Source: a virus (Duplodnaviria > Caudoviricetes). From it: 61,822 nt of DNA. Shown here one piece after another: positions 48,066 to 58,003 of this stretch. The notes under the pieces are model-generated. The model was not told the DNA's origin and did not search any database. It saw only the letters and a list, made by a program, of their open reading frames with translations. The position numbers were made by a program, and so were the translations under genes. The DNA lies in the IMG/VR virus record IMGVR_UViG_3300046373_000181, positions 1 through 61,822 of that record. One strand, 5' to 3'. The stretch's first letter is position 1. Every line of letters begins with the position of its first letter.

Positions 48066-48453
48066 TTCGCTAAGCATTTAGGGGTTCCGCCTGCCTGCAC
48101 AAACACGCCACAGGTCCGGCATTTTACGGTACTGACGCTGCCCGCGTTCTCAATCTGCCAGCTGGCTTTGCAGACCGTTTCGTAAACCAGCTTCTCGGGT
48201 GGTGGGGTGGTGGTCATGGTTCTACTCGTTCAGTTTCAGCCGGGTCTATCAAATAGCCCGCATACTCGCCCGCAATAACCTGATACAACCGGCCGAAGTC
48301 ATTATCATCATACCACCTCACCGAAAACACGTTGCCAACCTGTTTATTGAAGTAATACCACGAAATTCGGTTATTGGCGGATATAATCTTAACGGCAAAT
48401 TCGTCCATATCGCTCGTGTTTGGCCCGCTCACGTTTGGCGGGGGCTGGGGTGG

Positions 48454-48717
48454 TTATTGCTTGCAACCGGGCTCCCAGTCCTGCACTAGCTTCGTATAGC
48501 CTTCACGTTTGTATGGTAACTCCATACCACCCGTATTAATCAAGGCAAAGCCCGCACCACCCCAAATGGTAGCTCCCACTTCGGGTACTATCGTCGGGTT
48601 CAGGATTTCTAATCTTGGTTGACCGGCCGGTCCATCTTTTGGGTCACGAGCTTCCAATACTAAGGTAATGCCCCCCGTGTACGTTACTACGTCGGTAATT
48701 CTTGCATCTAAGGCCAT
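48454..48717 (-). CDS. Hypothetical protein
   Basis: ORF in operon. Confidence 0.65.
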   Translation of the reverse strand: MALDARITDVVTYTGGITLVLEARDPKDGPAGQPRLEILNPTIVPEVGATIWGGAGFALINTGGMELPYKREGYTKLVQDWEPGCKQ

Positions 48718-48957
48718 ACAGGTTGTATTTTAATAATTTGACATAATTCGTAACGTTCACCTTTGTGGTCGTACATACCCCAAATCGCTTCCTCAGCGGA
48801 ACAAAAAGGATTAGGACTACACAGATACGTCTTGGTAAGTGTATCATACCAGACGGCAATGACATTAGGTTCTAATGAGTGATCTCTCATAATATTTTTC
48901 TCGTCTTCCCTTTCCCCTTCCTCCCTGCCGGTGGGCCAGCGCGGGGCAGGGTGAGGG

Positions 48958-49623
48958 TTAAATATTTAATTCAGCCATTATTGCCGTAATCATTGCAGCG
49001 TCCTGACGGGTTTGAACGTCAAGCCGCAAGTCCATTTTCTTAGATTCAATACGAACTACATAAGGGGAAATAGGCGGTTCAATCGGAGGATTGATAGCAT
49101 CAGATGTAACAACCTTATCGGATTGCTCAGTCAAGGTATCAATAACCCAATCGGGAATGACAGTTTCTTTGGGTACCTTTCTCGCTTCTTCAACCTTTTT
49201 TTGTATTTCAATAACAGCAGCAGGTAAAGGGGCAGAGGATAATGGCTCGATTTTCGGATCAGTATCGGTTATTTCCTGTTTTGATTTATGCGTCTTATGT
49301 GCGTTGGCCCGCATTTGCAAAAGAATCTGTTCAGGAGTTAGTTGATAAAGCTTTTTGGTTTTTCTAAACCAGTTGGGCTCCGTTGCAACCATATTCATTT
49401 CCAAACCGTCCAAGTCCCGGAGCGCATCGAAAAACGATGGCTTTAACTCGTAGCGCAGTAAGAAGTTGTCAACGTCAACCTTCTCAAAGGTATCAATTGC
49501 CAATACGCCCACCAATTCATTCAGGGCTTTCATATACCGCTGTCGGGCGGCATCGCCTAACAAAGATCGTGTTACGGCCGTAACGGCAGGTTCTCGGCTT
49601 GTGGTATCCTGTGCAGTTTCCAT
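48958..49623 (-). CDS. Hypothetical protein
   Basis: Start taken at METAQD, below a divergent promoter region. Confidence 0.7.
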   Translation of the reverse strand: METAQDTTSREPAVTAVTRSLLGDAARQRYMKALNELVGVLAIDTFEKVDVDNFLLRYELKPSFFDALRDLDGLEMNMVATEPNWFRKTKKLYQLTPEQILLQMRANAHKTHKSKQEITDTDPKIEPLSSAPLPAAVIEIQKKVEEARKVPKETVIPDWVIDTLTEQSDKVVTSDAINPPIEPPISPYVVRIESKKMDLRLDVQTRQDAAMITAIMAELNI

Positions 49624-49690
49624 GACATAAATATACAACAAGTAGTGTAATATACAATGAAATATGTAGTATATTTTCGTACCTTTCGGC

Positions 49691-49915
49691 ATGGATATTG
49701 AAATAAAAGGCGAGTGGCTGGAACGGGCTTTTCGGGCGCAAGGTGTCAGTATTTATCGAACGGCTAAAACCCTCGCTATCCGCCCCGATAAGTACTACAA
49801 TCACATATCAGGCAAAGCGCACCTATCGGCCGAATCATTGGCTGAACTGGCTTTATTATATCCCACAATGAATATCAAGTATATCCTCACCGGCGAGGGC
49901 TCACCATTGCTATAA
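49691..49915 (+). CDS. XRE HTH regulator
   Basis: SIYRTAKTLAI...NIKYILTGEG. Confidence 0.82.
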   Translation: MDIEIKGEWLERAFRAQGVSIYRTAKTLAIRPDKYYNHISGKAHLSAESLAELALLYPTMNIKYILTGEGSPLL

Positions 49916-50075
49916 CCAACAGCGCCCCACCATCTCGGCAGGGCGCTTATCAGTAGTCAGGGTGTGGATAGAAAGAGAATTAGGTTTATTTTCTTGACCA
50001 TAATTATGGACAACCGATTTGGCTATATGGTGAAAAGAACATAACGAGTTTTATTTTCGCCCAAAAAAGGGGAAA

Positions 50076-50288
50076 ATGATTGCAAAGCGTACATTGATTA
50101 AGCGGTTTCTAAACCATAAAGGCGTAAATAAGGCCTGGGTTGCAGAGAAGTTATACGGCAAAAGGGACTCAACCAACACCTCCAAGCTGCGCAAAAAGAG
50201 CATGGGCATCGATGGCCGCCATTTTACCGATTCTGAAGTAAATAAGCTTGACCAAATTCGTAAAGAGTTCATTTCGGATTTGATTTAG
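50076..50288 (+). CDS. Small HTH protein flanked by 20-bp quasi-palindromes
   Basis: VNKAWVAEKLYG..KLRKK..HFTDSEVNKL. Confidence 0.72.
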   Translation: MIAKRTLIKRFLNHKGVNKAWVAEKLYGKRDSTNTSKLRKKSMGIDGRHFTDSEVNKLDQIRKEFISDLI

Positions 50289-50321
50289 AAAAAATATTGC
50301 CCATAATTCTGGACAGTTGGA

Positions 50322-51788
50322 CTAAAAAAAAGGTTTGCTTTTGGTTTCGTTTCGATTCCTGACCAGAGTATCCAGCTCTTTATCAACCAAATGCCCCGTC
50401 ACCTTGACGTAGTTGCGCTCGGTAACCCCGATGGTTGAATGCCCTAACGCATTGCTTACCGCCTTGATGCTATAATCTTGCAGAAAGATAACACCCGCTG
50501 TTTTTCGTCCGATTTTGGGCGTTAAGCGTTTTTCAAACCCGATCAGCTCCGCAATCTTCTCCAGATGGTTAATCATGGTGGTGTCAGAAATAGCCGGTGG
50601 GGCCTCCCCTATCACCTCATCCCATAAATCAACAAGTTGACTCGTAATGGGGATGTTACACTCGGAGTTATTTTTCTCGCGGCGGATAATGATCTTCGGA
50701 TTCCCGCCGGGCGTTCGGGCCTCGTAGGTCTCTTTGGCACTGGCGTAGCGGATCGCGTCGGGTAGATCCATGCCCGTTAGGCAAATGAGGCGAAACCACC
50801 AATGCGTTACTTTATAGCGGCCGGGCACTTCAAGCGTAAAGAGTCTCTCAATATGAATAGGTTCTAAAAAGTACACGTCTTTGGCCGGATTGCCCGGCAG
50901 GCCCAGATCGCCAATCGCGCCTACCGGGTTCCGCTCGATAAGGTGCTGCTTGCGCAGCCAGGTCAACAGCTCACAAACCACCGAGCAGTATATCGTCGCC
51001 GTACCGGGACTCATCCGCTCGTTTCGATGCTTGCAGCGGGGATTGCCAGAGGGCTGACAAAGCAGCCACTCGTGGTATTTCTCCACCCAGTAGGGCGTTA
51101 GGCTCATCACCGGTATGTGCATAGAGAGCGGGTATCTAGCCAGCCAGTCCGAGGCTGCCTTACGTTTATTATACGTCGCCAGCTTCATCTGACCCGTGGC
51201 TTTCTTGCCTAGTGTCAGCTCGATTAGATACGCGGCCATCGCTTGCCGGATCGGCGTGTCGGGTCCCAGGCTCGCGTGGGCCAAGCCGTTCTGTGCCAAC
51301 AAGGGCGATGACTTGCCCGGCCGGACCTGCTTGGCTTTGCGAGATAAAAACTTCGGCGGATACACGAACTGATCCCCCTGCACGGCGGGGGCATTACCGG
51401 TCAAGTATTCGAACTTGACCGAATCGGTCGTGGGCCGGGGCGCGCGCTGGGCATCGTAACGCATTTGCTGTTTGGACTGAATATCTTTTAGATCAATTTG
51501 AATGCGTAGGATGCGTTCGTTAAGATCTAACGTCGGCGCATCCCGTCCCCTAAGCCGGTATTTTTTCTGATCCCAGGCCCGAAGATCGATAAGCAATATA
51601 TTTCCAAAACTTACCTCACCCGTGCCCTGATGAATGAACCGTTCACGGGCGACAAAGCCAGCATCCCGAACCGAATTTACGGTGAGCCTGACTAGTAAAT
51701 AACGCTCATGCGCAGAGGCACTGGCGCGGGGTGGAGGAAGCTTTGTTTTAAACTGAATAGTGGCAGGCATTCGTAGACGTATCAACAT
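50322..51788 (-). CDS. int: Tyrosine recombinase/integrase with an arm-binding N-terminus
   Basis: LVRLTVN..WDQKKYR; TPKIGRKT, LGHS..TERNY. Confidence 0.88.
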   Translation of the reverse strand: MLIRLRMPATIQFKTKLPPPRASASAHERYLLVRLTVNSVRDAGFVARERFIHQGTGEVSFGNILLIDLRAWDQKKYRLRGRDAPTLDLNERILRIQIDLKDIQSKQQMRYDAQRAPRPTTDSVKFEYLTGNAPAVQGDQFVYPPKFLSRKAKQVRPGKSSPLLAQNGLAHASLGPDTPIRQAMAAYLIELTLGKKATGQMKLATYNKRKAASDWLARYPLSMHIPVMSLTPYWVEKYHEWLLCQPSGNPRCKHRNERMSPGTATIYCSVVCELLTWLRKQHLIERNPVGAIGDLGLPGNPAKDVYFLEPIHIERLFTLEVPGRYKVTHWWFRLICLTGMDLPDAIRYASAKETYEARTPGGNPKIIIRREKNNSECNIPITSQLVDLWDEVIGEAPPAISDTTMINHLEKIAELIGFEKRLTPKIGRKTAGVIFLQDYSIKAVSNALGHSTIGVTERNYVKVTGHLVDKELDTLVRNRNETKSKPFF

Positions 51789-51799
51789 TTCATGGCATA

Positions 51800-52130
51800 G
51801 GTTAGACCAGGTTTTTTTAAGAACGGGGTACTATTTACTATGCCGGATTGACAAAAAAAAGGGTAGTTACTTACCAATAAGCATTGATGTACTTATACAA
51901 TTTTGTAACTGTCTGTATATTAAATATGTGTCATTTTAAATAATTAGGTAACGGGACATTATTAATATTTTTTAGTATTATTTCTTGACTGGTTAGTGGC
52001 GAGGTTAGTCATTTTTGACTAGCCAGTTTTAGCATGGCCTTAACGCTCAATAACCAATTATTTTGGGAAAACTCAAGGCGAAAAGTGCGTCTGTTGACTC
52101 CTGAGCGAGGGTTAGTCTATCCTACAAAGA
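51800..52130. other. Candidate attP region
   Basis: Non-coding AT-rich gap next to int with repeated GGTTAGTC-like motifs (about 51991, 52003, 52109, inverted at about 52017). Confidence 0.4.
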
Positions 52131-52253
52131 AACCAAAATAGTCGGACGAAGGTGATTATCAGCAGCTAACATGCCCCAGTGGCGCTTACTAACCTTATGA
52201 TTAATCTATTCTTCCACCGACCGGGCACTAAGCCCCGTCTGACTAGTAACCCA

Positions 52254-52913
52254 CTAGGCGATCATTTCAATACGACGCGTCGGCCAAAGCTCTCGAACGA
52301 TGGCTTCTGCATTAGACGAGTTCAACAGACGGTCTTCACGTACCTTCGTTGGCTCCAGTCCTTCAATGCGAAAGCTATCCCGAACTTGCTGGCGATAAAC
52401 TGCAATCATATTATCAAAATCGGCCATCATGGTGGTATGGTTACTAGACACCTGGAAAGACGGGTCGAGTTTTTTAAGCATATATTCGAACATGCCGACC
52501 GTCTTAGTCATGTGGCTAACTTTCTCCATGGCTAGATTGAAATTACCCTGCATTTCAATAAACTGATCATACAGGGATTCGTAGCGTCCTTTCCAGTCTA
52601 TTCCTTCGGGGCTTAACCCTACAGCCAAAACGGGCGAAGGAGTAGTAACCATTAGACTTTTCGGCATCTCCCATTCAAGTCCCTCTTTGTCTGAATATAT
52701 CGCGTCAAGACTTAGTTTAGGAACTACTCGCTTAAGTGCCTTAATAGTAGGCGTGGCCGGAAAGGTGCGATTGTCCCTCATATTATAGAACGTTTGAGGA
52801 CTTAGCCCCGTAGCTTTCGCAATAGCCTGCGCTCGACCATTTTTGTCTACACATTCCCACAATTTGGCATTCATTAGCCTTTGTAAGTTGTCATTATTTC
52901 CGTTTGTTTTCAT
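52254..52913 (-). CDS. CI-like repressor (XRE HTH plus coiled coil)
   Basis: AQAIAKATGLSPQTFYNMR; divergent from the replication operon. Confidence 0.78.
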   Translation of the reverse strand: MKTNGNNDNLQRLMNAKLWECVDKNGRAQAIAKATGLSPQTFYNMRDNRTFPATPTIKALKRVVPKLSLDAIYSDKEGLEWEMPKSLMVTTPSPVLAVGLSPEGIDWKGRYESLYDQFIEMQGNFNLAMEKVSHMTKTVGMFEYMLKKLDPSFQVSSNHTTMMADFDNMIAVYRQQVRDSFRIEGLEPTKVREDRLLNSSNAEAIVRELWPTRRIEMIA

Positions 52914-52918
52914 TTTTT

Positions 52919-52960
52919 TATCCAATCACGTTGTAATTTATCCAATCATGTTTATATTTG
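52919..52960 (+). promoter_or_regulatory. Early promoter with tandem operators
   Basis: TATCCAATCA(C/T)GTT twice, 20 bp apart, then TATATTTG. Confidence 0.75.
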
Positions 52961-53006
52961 TCTATCAATATTATTAGACATCTAATCTAACAACTATAGA
53001 CAACGT

Positions 53007-53300
53007 ATGACAAATGTAGACAGTGTTCATGAAAAAACAAGTGTTGTTGATAAAAAAACCAATATCGGCTATTTAACGGCGGTATTCCCGCACAAATATG
53101 GCTATGCCCGACGCGTTGCCGAAAGGTTAAACACACTGAAGAAACGTACGATTATGGACCGAGCCTACTCGGCAAACATCGTATATCAAGTTATTGACAA
53201 AGGCTATGATGATTTAAATGTAGAGCCTGAACTTGTCAAGATGGTTGAAGAATATACGGGCCTCCCAATAGCAAAAGCTTGCCCAAAGTACGTGGCATAA
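53007..53300 (+). CDS. Cro-like protein
   Basis: First gene divergent from the repressor; YARRVAERL. Confidence 0.6.
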   Translation: MTNVDSVHEKTSVVDKKTNIGYLTAVFPHKYGYARRVAERLNTLKKRTIMDRAYSANIVYQVIDKGYDDLNVEPELVKMVEEYTGLPIAKACPKYVA

Positions 53301-53311
53301 ATCCCTCTCCC

Positions 53312-54808
53312 ATGATCCAATTACGGCCTTATCAGGAGGACAGCGTTGCTGCCCTAAGGGATAACTTCCGCCAAAAAAAACGGCGCGTTATTCTTTGTGC
53401 TCCAACAGGGAGCGGTAAAACAGTGACGTTCAGTCACTTGGTCTCTTCTACTTTGCAAAAGGATTTGTTCGCTAAAGTATTGATCGTTACCCATCGCACT
53501 GAACTTATTGCTCAGGCTAGCGAGACTCTAGAACGAACTGGTGTGCGATACGAACACATAACGGCGAAGCAAAGCAAGATTAATACTCGTGCTAGATGCT
53601 ACGTTGGCATGGTGAAAACTTACCTCAACCGGATTGCCAAATATCCCGAACTGCTAAACATGAGCCTTGTCATTATTGATGAAGCTCATTACGGAGACTT
53701 TAAAAAGCTGTTCGCTGTACTTCCTGATAATGTCTATGTGATTGGGGTTACTGCCACCCCACTGAGTGCGAGTAAAAACGATCCGCTAAGTAATTACTAT
53801 GATGCAATAGTAAACCCGGTTCAAATCGCTGATCTGATTGAGAACGGCTATTTATGCCCGGCCGTGACCTACGCAGCTAAAATCGATCGATCAAGCCTGA
53901 AGTTGATGGCTGGTGAATATTCGGACGCGTCGCAAATGGATACGTTTGCAAAGCGTGACGTATATGCTGGACTGATTAGCAAATACCTGCAATTCTGTAC
54001 TGAGGGTGAGCAGTACAAAAAGACAATCGTCTTCAATGTGAATGTCGCTCATTCAAAAGCGGTTGCATCAGAATTCAATCAAGCCGGTATTCCTGCTGTA
54101 CATATTGACGGAGAGACCGATGATATTGAGCGGGATCGGGCTATAAAGGCTTATAAGCGTGGCGAATATCGGGTCATCTGCAATGTAGGGCTACTGAATG
54201 CAGGGTTTGATGACCCCAGTACCGAGTGCGTCATTATGAACCGGGCCACAACCAGCGTTCCTCTCTGGCTTCAATCCTGCGGGCGCGGATCACGTCCCTA
54301 CCCTGGCAAAAGTAAATTCATTATTCTGGATATGGGTGATAACTGGACCGAGTTGGGCCTATGGGAGCAGCCTCGCCCCTGGGAAGAACTTTGGAATAAA
54401 AAGAGAAAAGCTTTAGACAAAATTGGGGTTCCCGCCATCAAAACATGCCCCCAGTGTGAAGCCCTGATTTCCATTTCGGCACGTGAATGCCCTGAGTGTG
54501 GTCACGTGCTGCCAGTGAAAGAAAAAGAGCCCCCCCCTGAAGCCGAATTTATTGAGGTTGGCAATACGGAAGAACTTTTAAAAATGGCAAGCCGCGCTAA
54601 CTGGCCATCACTTGCCGTACCCGATTTAGAGCAAATAAGGCTACTTAAAAATTACGCAAAAACGTGGCCTTATTATGTGATTAGTGACCGGGCAACTACG
54701 GAAGATGAATTCCGAAAACAACTTCGAGAATTAGGAAAAATTCGAGGCTACAAACGAGGTTTTGAAAATTACGTCCAATACCCTTACACCGCACAATCTG
54801 CCCAATGA
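53312..54808 (+). CDS. SF2 DEAH helicase with Zn finger
   Basis: LRPYQ, APTGSGKT, DEAH, TATP, QSCGRGSR, CPQC..CPECG. Confidence 0.95.
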   Translation: MIQLRPYQEDSVAALRDNFRQKKRRVILCAPTGSGKTVTFSHLVSSTLQKDLFAKVLIVTHRTELIAQASETLERTGVRYEHITAKQSKINTRARCYVGMVKTYLNRIAKYPELLNMSLVIIDEAHYGDFKKLFAVLPDNVYVIGVTATPLSASKNDPLSNYYDAIVNPVQIADLIENGYLCPAVTYAAKIDRSSLKLMAGEYSDASQMDTFAKRDVYAGLISKYLQFCTEGEQYKKTIVFNVNVAHSKAVASEFNQAGIPAVHIDGETDDIERDRAIKAYKRGEYRVICNVGLLNAGFDDPSTECVIMNRATTSVPLWLQSCGRGSRPYPGKSKFIILDMGDNWTELGLWEQPRPWEELWNKKRKALDKIGVPAIKTCPQCEALISISARECPECGHVLPVKEKEPPPEAEFIEVGNTEELLKMASRANWPSLAVPDLEQIRLLKNYAKTWPYYVISDRATTEDEFRKQLRELGKIRGYKRGFENYVQYPYTAQSAQ

Positions 54809-57000
54809 TGACTACAGAATCAAAAAGCCCGGCAATTTCTTTATATCGTGACGTAACCGATACGGGCGGAACGGAAATTATTTTGCGTGATTTTTTTGAC
54901 GGTATTGCTACTGGAAGGTGGCAAAAAGAAGTCGAAGAAATACGGGCATTAAAAGGAAACGAATCTGCCCAAAAAGCAAAAAAAATCAAACAACAAAATG
55001 TAATTATTGGCGGTACATCCAACGCGGCCACTAATACAACCATGCGCGAATTATCGGGCAAAATGGCTGTTGACTTTGATGATTTAGGCGATGAGCTGGA
55101 AACGGTTAGACTTGAATTAAATAACGACCAGCATACATTTGCTTCGTTTAAATCAATTCGTGGTGAGGGGCTATGCGTTATTATTAATATACAGCCTGAA
55201 CGTTGGGAAGAAGCCTGGGAAGGGGTTAAGCTTTATTACTTTCAGAAGTACGGGCGGTTAGTTGATAAAAGTACCGGCAATATTGCAAGGCGTCGCTTTG
55301 TTTCGTATGACCGGGATATTTATGTCAATGAGAAAGCAACACTCTTTAAACTGTATCCGAAAAAAGAACGTAAAGCCCCAAAGCCACAGGGAACATTCAT
55401 TCACACATCAAACGATGTTGAGTATATTCTGGAACAGATTGAGCGACGGGCATTAGATCTAACCAGCGATTACGATACTTGGTTTAAAATGGGCTTTGCC
55501 TTGGTTGCTGAATACGGAGAGAATGCCCGGGAATACTTCCACCGACTAAGCCAGTATCATCCAAAATACCGCCCTGACGAATGTGATAAGACGTTTTCGT
55601 ATCTACTTCGGTATGGTGCCCGGCAAATAACGATTAAGACGTTTTATTATCACGCTAAGCTGGCGGGGCTGGAAACGATGACACCCCGCACCAAAGAGAT
55701 TGCTCGTACAGCTACGATGCAGAAGCGGCAAAAGTTAAAAGCGGATGATGTTGTCGACTCTCTGGTAAAGGTGGGTGGGGTGGGCCGGGATGAAGCCGAA
55801 AACATTGTAAAGCAGGTCTATGAAAGTGTAGAAGAGATTCAAACCGATGATACACTATTCGATCAGCTTGAATTTTTTTTGCGGCAAAATTATCCAATGC
55901 GACGTAATGAAATATCCAGGTATATAGAAGATGAATCTGGTAAGAGTTTAATTGACGACGATTTCAATGGGATATGGGTTCATGCCGTAAAAGTTTTAGG
56001 TGATCGAGTATCGGATAAAATGGTGAATAAATTAATTCACTCTTCTTTTACGCCTACGTATAATCCGATTAAGGATTTTTTCAGAGACTATTCTTATCGA
56101 AAGCCAACAGGATTAATTAAAGCATTGGCTGATACAATTGAATCAGATACGGGACTTGGTCCTAGTGAATTTTTTCCCAACTATGCAGAGGTGTTTATTC
56201 GAAAATGGATGATCGGCATCATTTCCGCTGTTTTTGGAGAACACTGTGAATTGCTATTGACTTTGACCGGAGAGCCAGGAACAGGAAAAACAGAATGGTT
56301 TCGTAGGCTATTGCCTCCAGAATTAGCCGTTTACTTTGCCGAAACAACGTGGCCAATTACAAAAGATACGGACATGCTGATGTGCGAAAACCTAATCACT
56401 TTTAATGATGAGTGGAAAGGGAAAACGGTAAAGGATCCGGAAACTTTAAAAGGTTATGCTAGCGTGGACCGCTTCACTTTGAGAGAGCCTTACGGTAAAT
56501 CTTTCGTGAAACGTCGGCGCTTAGCAGTAATGTGTGGCACATCAAACCCAACTCGAATAATTGCTGATGCGAGTAATAACCGGAAAGTTATTCCTATCAA
56601 TGTCTTGTCTATAAATTTTGAAGCTTATAATTCAATAGACAAGATTGATCTTTTTATGGAAGCCTTTCATGCCTATATGAATGGAGAGCGACACCACTTG
56701 ACAAAGGACGAAATAAAACGCTTCAACGAAAGCACCAGCGGTTTTGATGATGCATCGATAGAACGGCAGATTATTGATGAATACTTTGCAGTGCCGACCG
56801 GCGCAGGTGGTGAGCCGGTACAATGGATTAGCACACATGAAATCCAAACAAAATTGGAAGTGTGGGCTAACAATAGAAAGCTGGACAACCGTAAGATCGG
56901 GCATGAGTTGCAGTCGGCTGGCTTTAAACGTCGCCAGCGCCGGGGTGAATACGGCAAACAGTTCTGGGGTTATGATGTAGTTGTCACCAGTAAGATTTAG
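54805..57000 (+). CDS. Primase-helicase (BT4734-like N-terminus, PriCT-2, VirE/VapE ATPase)
   Basis: AVDFDD, SIRGEGL, YDTWFKMGFAL, GEPGTGKT, LREPYG. Confidence 0.9.
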   Translation: MMTTESKSPAISLYRDVTDTGGTEIILRDFFDGIATGRWQKEVEEIRALKGNESAQKAKKIKQQNVIIGGTSNAATNTTMRELSGKMAVDFDDLGDELETVRLELNNDQHTFASFKSIRGEGLCVIINIQPERWEEAWEGVKLYYFQKYGRLVDKSTGNIARRRFVSYDRDIYVNEKATLFKLYPKKERKAPKPQGTFIHTSNDVEYILEQIERRALDLTSDYDTWFKMGFALVAEYGENAREYFHRLSQYHPKYRPDECDKTFSYLLRYGARQITIKTFYYHAKLAGLETMTPRTKEIARTATMQKRQKLKADDVVDSLVKVGGVGRDEAENIVKQVYESVEEIQTDDTLFDQLEFFLRQNYPMRRNEISRYIEDESGKSLIDDDFNGIWVHAVKVLGDRVSDKMVNKLIHSSFTPTYNPIKDFFRDYSYRKPTGLIKALADTIESDTGLGPSEFFPNYAEVFIRKWMIGIISAVFGEHCELLLTLTGEPGTGKTEWFRRLLPPELAVYFAETTWPITKDTDMLMCENLITFNDEWKGKTVKDPETLKGYASVDRFTLREPYGKSFVKRRRLAVMCGTSNPTRIIADASNNRKVIPINVLSINFEAYNSIDKIDLFMEAFHAYMNGERHHLTKDEIKRFNESTSGFDDASIERQIIDEYFAVPTGAGGEPVQWISTHEIQTKLEVWANNRKLDNRKIGHELQSAGFKRRQRRGEYGKQFWGYDVVVTSKI

Positions 57001-57320
57001 CTGTCACCAGTCTGTCACCAGTAATTTTTAAGGCAGTGGTGACAGATAGAAAATTGAAAATCAGTGCTTTATCTATATAGTAACCACTGTCACCAGTAAT
57101 ATTATATATAAAGCACAGGAGAGAGAGATAAATAATAATAAATTAAGGGGTTGTAAGGGGTAGTGAAGTAAGGTAGTATGTGTGTCGTATGTATAAGCAA
57201 AATCCAAGCAAAATACTGGTGACACTGGTGACAGCATTTAACTCGCTAATAAACAGCAGATTATCTGTCACCAAAGACGAAAATTGATTAGTGACAAACA
57301 ATAAAAACAGTGGTGACAGA
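56981..57320. other. Putative replication origin with TGTCACCA iterons
   Basis: About 10 direct and inverted CTGTCACCAG copies around an AT-rich core, directly after the primase gene. Confidence 0.8.
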
Positions 57321-57559
57321 TGAAAAAGACAGACATTGAGTTTTACAAAGTCCGGGTGGCGACACTACGTAAGGAATTCAAAACGCTAAGCGAGTATGAA
57401 GCAATTCGATTAATTCAGGAAGAAACTAGGAATGACTTGCTTGATAAGTGGCATCAAGACTTTATTAAAGCCCATGTAATAAGCAGCTTAGACAATACGC
57501 CAACCGCACTAGAAAAGATTGCAATGATTTTAGATGAACGCTTACCTCACCAAATTTAA
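57320..57559 (+). CDS. Hypothetical protein
   Basis: ORF in operon. Confidence 0.65.
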   Translation: MKKTDIEFYKVRVATLRKEFKTLSEYEAIRLIQEETRNDLLDKWHQDFIKAHVISSLDNTPTALEKIAMILDERLPHQI

Positions 57560-57563
57560 GATC

Positions 57564-57929
57564 ATGGAAAAGTCAGAAGCAGCAATACAATCGGAGTGTT
57601 TTATGTGGTTCTGGAATACATATCCAAACGAGAGAGGTTTCCTTCACGCGAATAACAATAATAGTTTCAATGCCGTAAAAGGCAATCAAAATAAAGCAAT
57701 GGGCGTAGTGGCTGGCGTTGCTGATATGGAATACCTAGCCACGGATGGGCAAATGGTTTTTATAGAAATGAAAACACCCAATGGTAGTCAAGATCCTAAA
57801 CAGCGTTTGTTTCAAGTCAAGGTCGAAAGCAGGGGCGCACGTTATGTGATTATTCGATCTCTAAAAGAGTTTCAGGCACTTATGTATCAATACTATCTAC
57901 CGTCTAATCAATTAGACAAAAATTTTTAA
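57564..57929 (+). CDS. VRR-NUC nuclease
   Basis: SEAAIQ, GVVAGVAD, FIEMKTPNGSQDPKQ. Confidence 0.9.
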   Translation: MEKSEAAIQSECFMWFWNTYPNERGFLHANNNNSFNAVKGNQNKAMGVVAGVADMEYLATDGQMVFIEMKTPNGSQDPKQRLFQVKVESRGARYVIIRSLKEFQALMYQYYLPSNQLDKNF

Positions 57930-57935
57930 CTTATT

Positions 57936-57978
57936 TGTCCAATTATGTTGTTTATTATCTAATCATGTTTTACATTTG
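57936..57978 (+). promoter_or_regulatory. Second early promoter with the same tandem operators
   Basis: TGTCCAATTATGTT and TATCTAATCATGTT 20 bp apart, then TACATTTG. Confidence 0.75.
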
Positions 57979-58003
57979 TCTTACCCTAACGACAACGCAC
58001 GAC

